DNA of 63,815 bases, filler included, from Gonapodya sp. JEL0774 (lineage: Eukaryota), in assembly GCA_027604505.1 (NCBI GenBank). It is 50 parts of 50 records of this genome, joined end to end, with 100 filler letters (N's around TTAATTAATTAA, not from the genome) between each part and the next. Parts side by side here need not be neighbours in the genome. Positions count along the whole stretch, not along the records: positions 1 to 1,188 come from JADIIX010003642.1; positions 1,289 to 2,476 come from JADIIX010003643.1; positions 2,577 to 3,763 come from JADIIX010003644.1; positions 3,864 to 5,050 come from JADIIX010003645.1; positions 5,151 to 6,336 come from JADIIX010003646.1; positions 6,437 to 7,622 come from JADIIX010003647.1; positions 7,723 to 8,907 come from JADIIX010003648.1; positions 9,008 to 10,192 come from JADIIX010003649.1; 42 more parts are not named here. The stretch is one strand, 5' to 3'. The position numbers and the translations under genes are program-made. The number at the start of each line of letters is the position of its first letter. Position 1 is the first letter of the stretch. The notes under the pieces were generated by a model. That model saw nothing but the letters and a program-made list of their open reading frames with translations, ran no database searches and had not been told where the DNA came from. Shown piece by piece: positions 1 to 11,577 of the stretch.

Positions 1-77
1 CGCAGGTATGATACGAGAGAAACCATTCTCTTTTTACAGAGCAGCTCCTTTATAAACTAATGAACAATCCGAATCTG

Positions 78-1188
78 TTACCAACTCCCTTCCAGCTCTC
101 CCGCTCCCACTCCCGTCACCCAAAGTTCCTCCATGACAACCTCCACAACCCTTCGAGCATACCTCGCTTGCCAACCTCTCCACATGCTCCCTACTCCCGC
201 CGCGTATCGTTTCAGAAATTCGGTGACACCAACCTCCGGGGGCAACTCCGACACGGCCAGTGAGCCATCTACACCACCTTCCTCCCTAGCGACACGATTG
301 AGAACATCGAAGGTGCCAATGTAGACGCGAGGAGATCCCAGCGGTGCTGTGACGACGGCGGTGTCGTATGAGGGGTCTTCTTGGGTTGGTGCGAAGGGAA
401 TCGGGACAATGTTGCGCTGGGCTCTGAGTCGGGTGAGGGCAAGCTCCCAGGGAGACACCGCGAGCGTTTCAGCTGCGAGCAGGGCCAAATCAATGGACCA
501 ATACGAAAGCGGCTGGTACTGGCGGGCGATGTGGAGTTGCTCGGAGACAAAAGTTCTGGAGGCGTACCGGAGGGAGGAGGAGAATATAGAGGTTGCAATG
601 GTGGGTATAAGAGTGAGGTGGTGGTAGAGACCAAATAAGCCTCCTTCATGGCGATGGATTGAGAGGAGTGTCTGAGGCAGATTCGAATAGGTCGGCACTG
701 GTGTCGGTGCTTGGAGGATAAGACTGCATGACAATGGTGGAAACCATGAAATGCCAACACAACAGTGAGTTGATGGATGCGCGCATGCTGTTATGTATTC
801 AAATCTCGGCAGATTCGCTCACCGAGTTCGTGCTGTTTCTAGCGGGTTCAGCAGTGTCGCAACGACGACGTGACTGGCTATAAATGTAAGTGGGTGTGTC
901 TCGTCAAACACATCGAGTGCATCGTTGAGGAATTCCTCAAGAGCAGGTCGGATGGCGTCATGAGCGAGGTTGGCGAGGAATTGAGTCAGGTGGCCTAGAA
1001 ATCACATTCCTTTAGACTCAACGGCAAGCAGTCGCATCAGGAAGCAAACCGCTCCCTCCAACCTCAACGGCAGGCAGTCGCATCAGGAAGCAAACCGCTC
1101 CCTCCAACCTGCGGTGCACGAGGCCTCTTGTTTGGAACACCACCGACACGAACCTTTCAACAATGCCGTCCACCCTCCTTCCGGATGT
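78..1188 (-). CDS. Mitochondrial carrier-fold outer membrane protein, Ugo1/SLC25A46-like (3' part, spliced)
   Basis: Carrier motifs EGGWTALLKG, LLNPLETARTR, SPWELALTRLRAQ and HEGGLFGLY. GT-AG intron at 995-1153 and another near 725-822. Confidence 0.7.
1017..1108. repeat. 46-bp tandem duplication (2 copies, 1 mismatch) inside an intron
   Basis: ctcaacggca(a/g)gcagtcgcatcaggaagcaaaccgctccctccaac at 1017-1062 and 1063-1108. Confidence 0.95.
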
Positions 1189-1288
1189 NNNNNNNNNNNN
1201 NNNNNNNNNNNNNNNNNNNNNNNNNNNNNNNNTTAATTAATTAANNNNNNNNNNNNNNNNNNNNNNNNNNNNNNNNNNNNNNNNNNNN
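1189..1288. other. Artificial scaffolding spacer N44-TTAATTAATTAA-N44 (first of 49; last at 62546-62645)
   Basis: An identical 100-bp spacer recurs every ~1270-1290 bp. TTAATTAATTAA gives TAA stops in all six frames, and contig lengths decrease along the window. Confidence 0.99.
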
Positions 1289-2476
1289 GTACTTCTGGCA
1301 CAACATCCACTACATCAGGTGCAATATGTGCAGGTTCTGCCCTCTTCCTGGATGCAGGTGGATGATTATCACCAGAATCGTCATCATCATCATCATCATT
1401 GTGATCACCAGTGTGTCCCAAGTCAGCATCTTCATCAGGCTTCTGAACAGGAAACTTCGGAACAAAGAGATCATCTTCTGCTGCAATAGTGTCAAATCCA
1501 ACATGATCACGGAATGGCAGGTATCTCTTCCTGATAAATCCCTCCTCATTGAACACAACATCCCTGGTCACCAAAATAGAACGTCTGTTTGGGTGTAGCA
1601 AGCGATAAGTGCCTCTGTCAATACCATAGCCAATCAGAACATAACGATCTGCCTTCTGCTGCAATTTATCTCCTCCTGGAACCTTGTTCAAAGCGTAGGC
1701 ATCACATCCGAGGATTCTTAAGTGCCTTACTGAAACCTTCTGCTTAGTGAGAACATGGAATGGAATATTACCACCAATAGCCTGTGATGGAAGATGATTC
1801 TTGATGTAACACATTGCAACAACAATTTCGGACCAGCAAGTCAAAGGGAGATTGGCCATTGCAAGAATGCTCCTTGTTGGATCAACAACTGTGCGCATTG
1901 CTCTCTCTGCTGTCCCATTGTGTTGTGGTGTATGTGGTGGACTGGATTCACAAACAATCCCGTTCTCCCTTGTCCATTTTTCCATGCTGTTTGAATTCAA
2001 AATTTCGCCTGCATTATCACTTCTCAGAATCTTCAAAACAAAGTTGCTGTATTGCTTCTCCATCATCGCTTTGTACTCTCTGATTCTCCCCTGTCCTTCA
2101 TCCTTTGACTTCAGGAGGTAAGGTGTAATCCACCAGCAATAGCATGTATCTCTCTCCTCTAAGGCCTGCTACGCGAGCTGGACCCCAAATATCAGCATGG
2201 ACACGTCCACCAGGATGAGTTGCTCTTCTTCTTTCTGGTTGCGAATAAGGCAACTGCGCTGCTTTTCCAACTTTGCATCCATAACAAAACAACGAATGCT
2301 GCAAATCCTTCATCTGTCCTGTTCTCACAATCCTCTCCAGATCATATTGAGAGTTGCAGTCGCTGTTCTGTGTTGCGACTCGTTTTTATTCACCCAATTG
2401 CTCGATCACTATGCACTACTGTGGTCGTACGTACTAAAGTTTTCTCCCACACACTAAGTCTGTTCTCTCATCACAT
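1289..2476 (-). mobile_element. Ty1/copia LTR retrotransposon fragment (GAG-pre-integrase plus integrase), frameshifted
   Basis: CYGCKVGK zinc motif, HADIWGP, KILRSDNAGE, PQHNGTAER and SRDVVF-like TRDVVFNE. A small deletion/frameshift near 2120 separates LVDYT from YLLKSKDE. Confidence 0.93.
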
Positions 2477-3934
2477 NNNNNNNNNNNNNNNNNNNNNNNN
2501 NNNNNNNNNNNNNNNNNNNNTTAATTAATTAANNNNNNNNNNNNNNNNNNNNNNNNNNNNNNNNNNNNNNNNNNNNGTGATTGGGCTCCCAAGATAGAGA
2601 TTCGTCTATCCTTGTAGTGCAAGCTCAAGAGATTTCGTCGTTCGAAGAGGCTGCAGGACACGGTGTATGCTGGTGCACAGTTTTCATGATGCGAATCTGC
2701 GAATGATGGACCCTGGTTCGCTTCAACCAGTCCATCTCCCTCCAAAAGGGACGACGCAAACGATTTCTTTACTGTATCAGTCCTCATCTGGTGTCCTGGA
2801 GCCAGAATTTTCGCACTGCGCTGGGTATTTCAATTATATATGTACGGTGTGCAAAAGTAGTGCAATCATTTGATCCAAAGTACGTCAGCGATCAGAAGGA
2901 ACAGAGGGAGAGGGGTGCAGAGAACCATTTTGGGGCTTGGAGCTCGCCATGGGCTTCATTTGATTTGATTTCAGGTTTCGTCACGTGTCAGTACATACAG
3001 ACTACGTGGCGCTGCACACCAGCCATTCACAGACCATTGCAATTTCCACTCTACGGGCATTGGAGGTAGTTTAGTACACCTTTCCAGGTGCTGCTTTGTT
3101 TATGATCGCTCAGCCGTGCCGTTGGAGCATTTTCGTTGACGTGGATGAAATCTAGGATGGGAGATTGGATGACTGGGGTTCTACAGCAGACATCATTATA
3201 GTTTCTAGCTATGATTCCTTTCCATCGTATCTTTTCGACAACGGTCCCCGGGTTTTCAGCCAAGCAAGAGCTCCGTTCCGCGGTTCAAGGTAGTTTTGCC
3301 TCTGCACCTGACCTGCACGGCCGGGTTGCTCTCTGACCTGATCAAACGTGTTCACCCGAGTGTCAGCATCATTCATTGGGAATGACACAGCTCAATTATT
3401 ATCAGTAGAAGGAAACAAAAACCAGTCGCCTGCCAGTCTCATCGCAAACAGGTTCTTATGTGTAGATAGGTGTCCCTTGTCGCTTAGAATCTTGGTGACG
3501 AAACGAGAGTGGGGTAACAATCATGAAACCCAATTCAGACCTCGTGATTACCATTCCAGGATTGTAAATGCGGGGGTACATTATTGTGATTTCTCGACAA
3601 AGTGTGCACGGTAAAAGCGGTTTATACGTGTGTAGGGCGGATGAATTCCAAAACTCAGTTGAACCGGGCTCAGGCTCCTCCGCGGCATCGGAAAATTCGA
3701 ATCGCAAGCGGAGAACACGTTGAATCGAATTTCAGCCTTGAACATAAAGGCGACCGCTTTACTNNNNNNNNNNNNNNNNNNNNNNNNNNNNNNNNNNNNN
3801 NNNNNNNTTAATTAATTAANNNNNNNNNNNNNNNNNNNNNNNNNNNNNNNNNNNNNNNNNNNNTAACGAGCTCGACGGACAATGGTCACGGCCGTCCGCG
3901 TGTGCGTCGCTCAATCTCACTCACTGACCTTCGT

Positions 3935-4219
3935 AGCGCTACGATCGCTGCTTCGGCCGCGCCAGCGCCTGCCGCATATGGTCGAGATGGACGGCCTCTT
4001 CCAGATACTCACGGAGTATCTGACGCCGGTTATGGGTCGAGTACCGAGAACGTTACCAGAAATTTCGCGCCTGCATCCGCGACATATAGTGCTCAAAAGC
4101 ATTCCACGTGGGGCGCTCGGACGGCACCTGGTGCACCTACGGAATTCCAGGGTAGCAAAGGCAAAAAGAGTGTGGAAAATCTGATGGCTTCCTGGGGAGC
4201 GACTGGGAAGGCCATCTGA
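3935..4219 (+). CDS. Terminal exon of an unidentified low-complexity protein
   Basis: Acceptor-like CTGAC...TAG at ~3924-3936, then an open frame to a stop at 4219 and an AT-richer 3' region. Confidence 0.4.
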   Translation, partial: SATIAASAAPAPAAYGRDGRPLPDTHGVSDAGYGSSTENVTRNFAPASATYSAQKHSTWGARTAPGAPTEFQGSKGKKSVENLMASWGATGKAI

Positions 4220-4441
4220 TGCTCTGCGCTCGATGTTTGGTGGACAGGACACTTTGTGTGATATGCGTACTCAGTTGGAATGTTTTGACGAACGTTTTCC
4301 GTCCCAACATGACATCTTGTAACCTTTGGATCTAGACGGTTATCGTTGATACCAGGTTTTACTTGTACAATTTTAGCGCTCGACGTGTTGTAGAGAATGG
4401 TGTACGTAGTAGTTGGACGTATTGTAGTGTGAGGATCGGAA

Positions 4442-5050
4442 CTACATGGAACCCTTTTGTAAAAACCTCATTGAAACCCGGAATTGAGAATTCAAATCAA
4501 ACTGAATGTAGTATGTGTTGTTTACTGATCGTGTGAAGTACCACACTCGTTGAGACCAAATCCCCTTACTTCTCACGCAGTCACATGCAATGGCGACCCT
4601 TTCCTTATTCAGACACCACTGCCTCCAATTCAGCTGATCGTGTCCACACAACTTCCATTTCTTCTGGCAGTGGCTCGCTTCCACCCTAATTGATATTTTA
4701 CACCATGCATATTCGGGAGCCAGATCAGTGATTGAATCCCAACGGAAATACAATTTTATAGGTGCCGCTTGCTTTTTCATCATTGAGTCAATCGTAAACT
4801 TGTCCGGTCCATCCGGCAAGAAGCATCCTGTTGTACCGGCAAAACTCCATGCCCGAAGGCTGGGAAGACAGAAAAGAAGGGAGATAGGCACGGTAAGGGG
4901 TATCGCATCAAAGTTTTCAAAGCGAGAAACTCGAGGTTGGAGCAGTTTGTAACGATTTTGGATACTTTTGCCAATGTGATGTGCTCGGTTTCCTCCTTAT
5001 ACTCAGAGATCAAATCCAAGGAGTTGGCGTCCGAAAGCACCAAGAACAAT
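4442..5050 (-). CDS. Possible leucine-rich/F-box-associated protein fragment
   Basis: CSNLEFLAL and LPSLRAWSF resemble LRR motifs in two frames joined by a probable intron. Confidence 0.3.
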
Positions 5051-5866
5051 NNNNNNNNNNNNNNNNNNNNNNNNNNNNNNNNNNNNNNNNNNNNTTAATT
5101 AATTAANNNNNNNNNNNNNNNNNNNNNNNNNNNNNNNNNNNNNNNNNNNNAACGTCTGGGGGTGGGTGTGTCCGGAATCACAATATCCATATCTGGTGCA
5201 AGATTGAGTGCAGGCAGTGGAACAACCAAATGCCTTCAGACCCCAGTCAAAATGTGAGGAAACCATGCTTATGCACTCATGCTACAGAGAAAAACATACC
5301 TTCAACAGACTCTCTAGTTTCTATTGTTATTGGATTTGCCATTGCAGTGGCCCTGCCTCTTTTTATGGAATGGGAATCCAATGGAAGACACACAAATAGA
5401 TTGGATATTCAGAGGAAGAAATATAACTTAGACTAATATCTTACAAACTTCATACCACTGCAACATTGACCAGACAGCTTGGGTCAGTTGTCATCATCAC
5501 TGGAGGCAAAACCTCGTAACACATTTTTGGGAAATGAGGGTTAGTGTATTTGTACCAGGCATTCTATGTCAATTCTAACCAACAAGCTATCATATACGGA
5601 GATTTTCAGAGAATATTCCAGGAAGATCTCACCTCATTGTTCTGAATACTTGGATTGTCTAGAGGAACTGGGAGAATACATTGAACATACAATATCTCAC
5701 ATCTATCTTCCAGAAAAATGTGGGGACTGCACCACCTCACTAAAGTTGAACCTTACGGTTGGTTTGTTAGGCAAATTGCAATTGAAGTCAAAGGTGTCTT
5801 TTTTTGATATCTTATGGCGAAACTTGTTTGAAATGGCATAACCAGGAAATAATCAGTTCTTGTTCC

Positions 5867-5895
5867 TTAGGGTTAGGGTTAGGGTTAGGGTTAGG
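5867..5895 (+). repeat. Interstitial telomeric repeat (TTAGGG)4TTAGG
   Basis: Read directly from the sequence. Confidence 0.97.
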
Positions 5896-5903
5896 AACCC
5901 CCT

Positions 5904-5996
5904 GGACGGGTGGACCGGTGGTCAAGGTGGCATCTCCTGACATGGGCTGCGCCGGGTTCGAATCCCGGCTGGGTTACCTCAAGGAAAGTGGTTTTT
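5904..5996 (+). ncRNA. tRNA-like sequence / tRNA-derived Pol III head (pseudo-tRNA or SINE head)
   Basis: A-box-like TGGACCGGTGG (5911-5921), perfect B box GGTTCGAATCC (5955-5965), T arm GCCGGG/CCCGGC, CT-GAC-AT loop and a T5 run at 5992-5996. Acceptor and anticodon stems pair poorly. Confidence 0.7.
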
Positions 5997-6259
5997 CCTT
6001 GTCCGCAATAGACGGCTAAAATCCACAAAAATGCCAATATGAGGGCGCAAGCCCATTCTGCTAACACTGGTGGAAGGGAGGGGGACAGGCAGCTACCCAA
6101 ACCGACTGGACACTGGGGACATTCCATCGCGCTCTGCGCATACTGACATTCGGCTTCGGCCACCTCTGCTAACTAAAGATGGACACTTAGGTCGACTTGT
6201 AGCACGCAAAAATCTGTACTGCTGTGGAGTTCACCACGTTAATAAACATACTGATAAAG

Positions 6260-6289
6260 TTAGGGTTAGGGTTAGGGTTAGGGTTAGGG
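6260..6289 (+). repeat. Interstitial telomeric repeat (TTAGGG)5
   Basis: Read directly from the sequence; followed by non-telomeric G-rich DNA. Confidence 0.97.
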
Positions 6290-6436
6290 TGCATACATGA
6301 CTAGGGTGTGGGGTGGCGGGTGGGTCGGAAGTTCGGNNNNNNNNNNNNNNNNNNNNNNNNNNNNNNNNNNNNNNNNNNNNTTAATTAATTAANNNNNNNN
6401 NNNNNNNNNNNNNNNNNNNNNNNNNNNNNNNNNNNN

Positions 6437-7585
6437 GATGACTGCCGACAAGATGTATTGGCACTTCAGCTGGTTGCGATATTCAAAACCATTTATCAAA
6501 GTGTTGGACTTGATTACCTCTATGTCTTGCCGTATCGGGTCGTCGCAACAGCACCAGGGGTATGTTGACGAGCTTCGCGATCCCACTGCAGTTCTAGAAA
6601 CCAATTGTGCTGCCCAGTGTGGTGTTATCGAAGCCATTCAGAATGCTACCTCGCGAGATCAAATTGGTCGTGAGCAAGTGAACTCACTCTACGAGTATGT
6701 AACACTCTGCCCCCGACGTGGAACTGGTCTCATCTTCACTGCCGCATACTCAGTTACTTCATTGCCCAATATGGCGTCCCCGACACCATTGAGTTCCAAC
6801 GTGCCAGAAGCTCGTTTGCTCGAAGTTTGGCAGCCTACTCAGTCATCATGTATATTCTTCAGATCAAGGATAGGTCTGTAAATCCTTCTCTTCGCTCAAG
6901 TGTCCGTAAACCGTTTCTGAAGTCCATTGATATACACGATATTAGACACAATGGTAACTTAATGTTTGATAAAGCGGGACACATCTTACACATTGATTTT
7001 GGATTTTTGTTTGACATCGCTCCCGGCGGGCTGGTGAGGGGCTGCGCTTTCCATTATTATAACCCGCATTTGAACCTGACCCGACCACGAAGCCTCCACC
7101 GGGCTTCGAAAGCAGCCCGTTCAAGCTTACGAACGAGTTTATTCAAGTACTTGGTGGGTCTGCACAGGCAGACACGTACAAAGTAAGGGTATAGAATTTT
7201 GTCCCGACCTGTCTTGATTTTCTCACGCCAACGATCCAAAATTTAACTAGTGGTTTGTCGATCTCTGTATCCGCGCGTACCTTGCTATGCGACCGTATGT
7301 CGACGAAATTGTTGAACTTGTGGACCTCATGATCGAAAGCGGGCTCCCGTGCTTCAAAGGTGGCCTCCCTCTCATTCAAAGTCCTAGACCTCCACTGAAA
7401 CATTTTGTAACTGCGCTTTGCTCATTGCTTTCTAGACGCCACTCTCGTCCGCCTGCGGTCCCGCTTTCAATCTGAGCTCTCAGAACGTGAAGCGGCGCAA
7501 TTCATGATCGAGCGAGTCAAGGAATCCCACCAGAACACGCGAACTATTCTGTACGATGAATTTCAGTGGAGACAAAATGCGATAC
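6437..7585 (+). CDS. STT4: Phosphatidylinositol 4-kinase type III alpha, C-terminal catalytic exons
   Basis: [62 protein letters not shown] and YDEFQ; multiple introns. Confidence 0.92.
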
Positions 7586-7722
7586 GTGAGTTGGAGACGG
7601 CCCTGTGGCCGCACACTGGTTANNNNNNNNNNNNNNNNNNNNNNNNNNNNNNNNNNNNNNNNNNNNTTAATTAATTAANNNNNNNNNNNNNNNNNNNNNN
7701 NNNNNNNNNNNNNNNNNNNNNN

Positions 7723-8907
7723 GACGCCTACGAGCACTTCGAGTTTTCCAGTGACGGTGGATATGCGTACTATACCCTGTTGGATGCCAACGAGCGGAGT
7801 TATAAGTTGATGAGATGGAAGGTGAGGTGAATCTACGCAATTTTACCGCATGCTATTCCTGCTAAACAGGTTATGCGAGAAGATTGGGTCGCCTTTGGAA
7901 AGTGCGGAATGTCTCCATCAAGAAGATGACGAAATGTTTTACGTGACGCTCACCAAAACGGCATCATCTCGATACTTCCTCGTCTCCATCACCGCGCAAG
8001 TCACCTCGGAGACCCTGTACTTTTCTGCCGACGATACCAGTGACCGCCCTCACCAGCTCTTCCCCAAAACGGAAGGAGTACAACTCAAAGTCGAACACCA
8101 CGGAAGACATTTCTACGTCATGTCCAACGAGGATGCAAAAAATAACTACATCTTCCGGGTTCCTGTTCCAGAGACTGTTGAGCCGGCGCCATCGACCAAG
8201 GAAGCACTCATGGCACTCGCCGAAACAGTGATCAACGAACGCGACTTTGTGCTCATCGAAGACTTTCAGCTCCGCCACAGACACTTGATTGTGTTTGAAA
8301 GGTCGAATTGCCTCCAGAATGTGCGCATTGTCGATCTCGGAGACTCGGATGCCGCTGCTGCGTCGCCTGTCACCACCGCCGAGGACGGAGGAAGTGTCGC
8401 GTCTGCTGACTTCACCACGTACCACTACATCTCGTTTTCGGACATGGTGTACAGTATCTGGCCATCGTCGGTGGACGAGGAGGTTGCGGATTTGTCCAAG
8501 CAGAGTCTTTGGGCTACCAACGTGCTGCGTTTCCAATATTCGAGTTTCGTGCAGCCGAAGCAGGTGTTAGACTATGACATGGATGCGAGGACTATGACAG
8601 TGGTGCATGAAGAGACGGTCAACTCTCCATTGTGAGTGCAGCACTTGAATTTTTGTCTGTCGAATTACCGACAACCACGCTCGCATCAATCAACAGGTAT
8701 CCTTACGACCGGTCACTCTACTCCTCTCGGAGACTGTTTGCGATTTCTCAAGATGGAACGCCTATTGCTGTATCGCTCGTGTTTCGACGAGAGTGAGTTG
8801 TCGCCGTTATCGATCATGAAATGAAAAACGGCTCTATCCACTCACATTGGTCAACCAATCAGTCTCTTGGGTATGAACATGAACCCGCAACAACCAAACC
8901 CTTGTCT
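7723..8907 (+). CDS. Oligopeptidase B (protease II, family S9A), beta-propeller region, spliced
   Basis: EDDEMFYVTLTKTASSRYFLVS...TSETLY, VEHHGRHFYVMSN, LRFQYSSFVQPKQVLDYDM and DGTPIAVSLVF. Confidence 0.85.
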
Positions 8908-9052
8908 NNNNNNNNNNNNNNNNNNNNNNNNNNNNNNNNNNNNNNNNNNNNTTAATTAATTAANNNNNNNNNNNNNNNNNNNNNNNNNNNNNNNNNNNNN
9001 NNNNNNNAACAGTAAGCGGCATGCTTGCGTGTACGTTTTTGAGCGGTGAGAC

Positions 9053-10192
9053 TCACATCGCGAGCAACCATGAAGCCAGGTGCTGGTTGCGGTAGGCTAA
9101 ATGCGTCCGCGTCTGCATATCCAGGCCCAGCAAAGAATGAGAAAGCCCAATGAGAAGAGCTGCTCGACGACGATGATTGAGTCTTCGAGGCATCGGGGAG
9201 TGCAGGATGGTCAGTTCATCATTTGAATGTGTAACAGATGAGATGCGTCCCACCTTTATGGTTCCAAATTGTGGCGGTAATTCTACATTGCTTATAAAGC
9301 TCCGACTCACGGAAGTTTCAGGGCTCGTACTCAGCTGTTGCGAAGGCAGTCCCTGCTGCACCATGTGATGGGAGGTTGAGAAGACCGCCGAGTTGCTGGC
9401 ACCCCCATTCAAAATTTCCGACGCTCTAGCGTTAAATTCTGAATTTCTATTGAGCGGGGAGTTCCCAGTGGGTCGCGTCGGAGGTAGCGCCGGGTAGTAA
9501 GCCGTAGCAGGTGGTGCCGACATGTTTGAAACTGAGACGCGGGCCTGGGATGATTGAATTGGAGGTAGTGAATTGTAGAATTTTGGATCATGGCGCGGCA
9601 CATGGTAGTTTTGGTTAGAGGTGAGTTCATGGAACGGTGCTGAAGGGAGTCACCGGCAGTGAATATCCCACTACGTCAAAGATGATAAGCGCCAAATTGA
9701 AACATCTCGTACTCACGTTTCCCATACAGTCCTGAATTGTCCATTGATTGACTACGGTTCGGGGTCTTTCGTTTCTTGTACACAAATATACTCGCACCAG
9801 CGATGATTAATGCCACGATGAGACCCCCGACACATAAACCAGCAATGGCAGGTGTGGAGAGATAGGAAGCATTCTGCTCCGACACTATGTTATTCCCAGC
9901 GCTCAAAACGGTGGATGCAGCGGCAGTGGCGGCATTAAGTGCGTTGGTTGTTGTAACAGCGGTGCTGAATATGGTGTTTGACAAAGAACGCAAAATGGAG
10001 GTGCTAATCGAGGACGAAGATTGCACCAACGGTCTTGTTGTTGAAGTGCTCGTTGTCGTCGTAGTGGTGGACGTAGACGGTATTGTTGTCGTCTGTGCAG
10101 CGGCCGGGCAATTGACTGGGAAGGCTGGACAAGCTGCGGGGTAACTTCGTGTGCAAGTGTACTGTTAAGTGGGCATAATGTGAGTCGCCATG
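9053..10192 (-). CDS. Single-pass membrane protein with a Ser/Thr-rich ectodomain (Mid2/Wsc-like architecture)
   Basis: S/T-rich tract, then AIAGLCVGGLIVALIIAGASIFVY followed by KKRK and a low-complexity tail. Confidence 0.65.
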
Positions 10193-10292
10193 NNNNNNNN
10201 NNNNNNNNNNNNNNNNNNNNNNNNNNNNNNNNNNNNTTAATTAATTAANNNNNNNNNNNNNNNNNNNNNNNNNNNNNNNNNNNNNNNNNNNN

Positions 10293-11090
10293 AAATCGTC
10301 CAGCTTGGACCAGTTGGCGCCGTTGAAGTCCTCGTCCACCACTGAATCAATACCTTGAAATCCATTCCGCCGCATAGCAATAACCATCACCGCAATCGAT
10401 TGACGCAGTCTGGTAGCCAGCACTGGAATCGCATGATATCGTGACAAGAGATTCATTAAGGTGGAAAGGTACCGCTCTGCGAGACAAAGATCCAGCCCTG
10501 ACTCAATTAAGACGGACATAGCAGCAGTAACGCAATGAGCAGCTAAGGGCTCGCTTGCGCGAAGGAGAAATGCGGTGACTTGTTCAACCCAAACGTGGAA
10601 CAACTTGGGAGGCAGAAGTCGTGCGAAAACTGCCAGTACCGCAGATGACGATGTCACCAATGACGCGTCTCTTTGATTCCCGCCATCTGAAAAGGCCATA
10701 TTAATGGTCTCTAAAAATGTAGATAGAAACGACCCTCTCGCCGAGTCTTTTAGATCAGCTGACGGCTCCAATAGTTGGGAGACAATTCCCGACGGAAGTT
10801 CTGATGAGCATTTCAGAGGAATCTTTGCGTGCCGTCCCAATACATGAGTGCTGAATAAGTGAATTCTCACAGATACGAAAACTACCCACTTGCATCAACC
10901 TTACTTTCTCTGCAAGGAAGCAGCCTGTGTCAACAGCAGCCCCAGATTCCAGACTTGCTAACGAAGAAAAATCTTCTTCTGAGAGGTTTTGCAAATCATT
11001 CAGCGGAAATGCCGTCTCACGGTCCCTTGCAGTGGGGAAGGTAGCGTTTTCCGATAGAACACATATAATCTTCATGAGTACCACCTCCAA
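10293..11090 (-). CDS. Helical (HEAT/ARM-like) protein fragment, unidentified
   Basis: Two long leucine-rich helical ORFs joined by a probable intron at ~10860-10900. Confidence 0.45.
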
Positions 11091-11577
11091 GGCTTGGGCG
11101 GGATCAAGGTCAATATGGGAGAGAAAGATCGATCAAATGGATAATGACATACCTTGCAAGAAGTCTTCCCCTTTGGCAAAGATCATCGACCCACGATGAG
11201 GGGGAAACGTCGCACTTAAATGACTACACTCGGAAACAGTTGGATCAAACCCATCAAAAATTCACAGTCCTGTGTGCAACGGTTTGTCATATCCAGCTCA
11301 CCTCTGCGAGGCCAATGAGAACGCTAGAAATCTGCAAAGCGTGTTGAGGGCACACGATAGAGTGTTAGCAACCCACGAAGCACGATAGCGAAGGATTTTT
11401 GAGATCCATGAATGCTCACATTTTTAATGCGCTAGATGATTTAGTCGGAAGAGACTCATGGACCGCCTCTTGGGAGGNNNNNNNNNNNNNNNNNNNNNNN
11501 NNNNNNNNNNNNNNNNNNNNNTTAATTAATTAANNNNNNNNNNNNNNNNNNNNNNNNNNNNNNNNNNNNNNNNNNNN

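Noticed and set aside
1017..1108. Mini CRISPR array
   Set aside because: Two abutting copies with no spacer, in a eukaryotic intron, with no cas genes.
2577..3763. Short ORFs in unassigned contigs (also 16712-17893, 44832-46005, 48653-49825, 60105-61275, 62646-63815)
   Set aside because: No motif could be recognised with confidence. They may be intergenic, decayed repeats or highly spliced genes.
5904..5977. Functional tRNA-Val(GAC)
   Set aside because: The acceptor stem has two mismatches and three G-U pairs, and the D and anticodon stems are imperfect. Reported only as tRNA-like.
5867..6289. Telomerase RNA gene or a true chromosome end
   Set aside because: A telomerase template covers about 1.5 repeats, not five. 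Both tracts are short and have non-telomeric sequence on each side.
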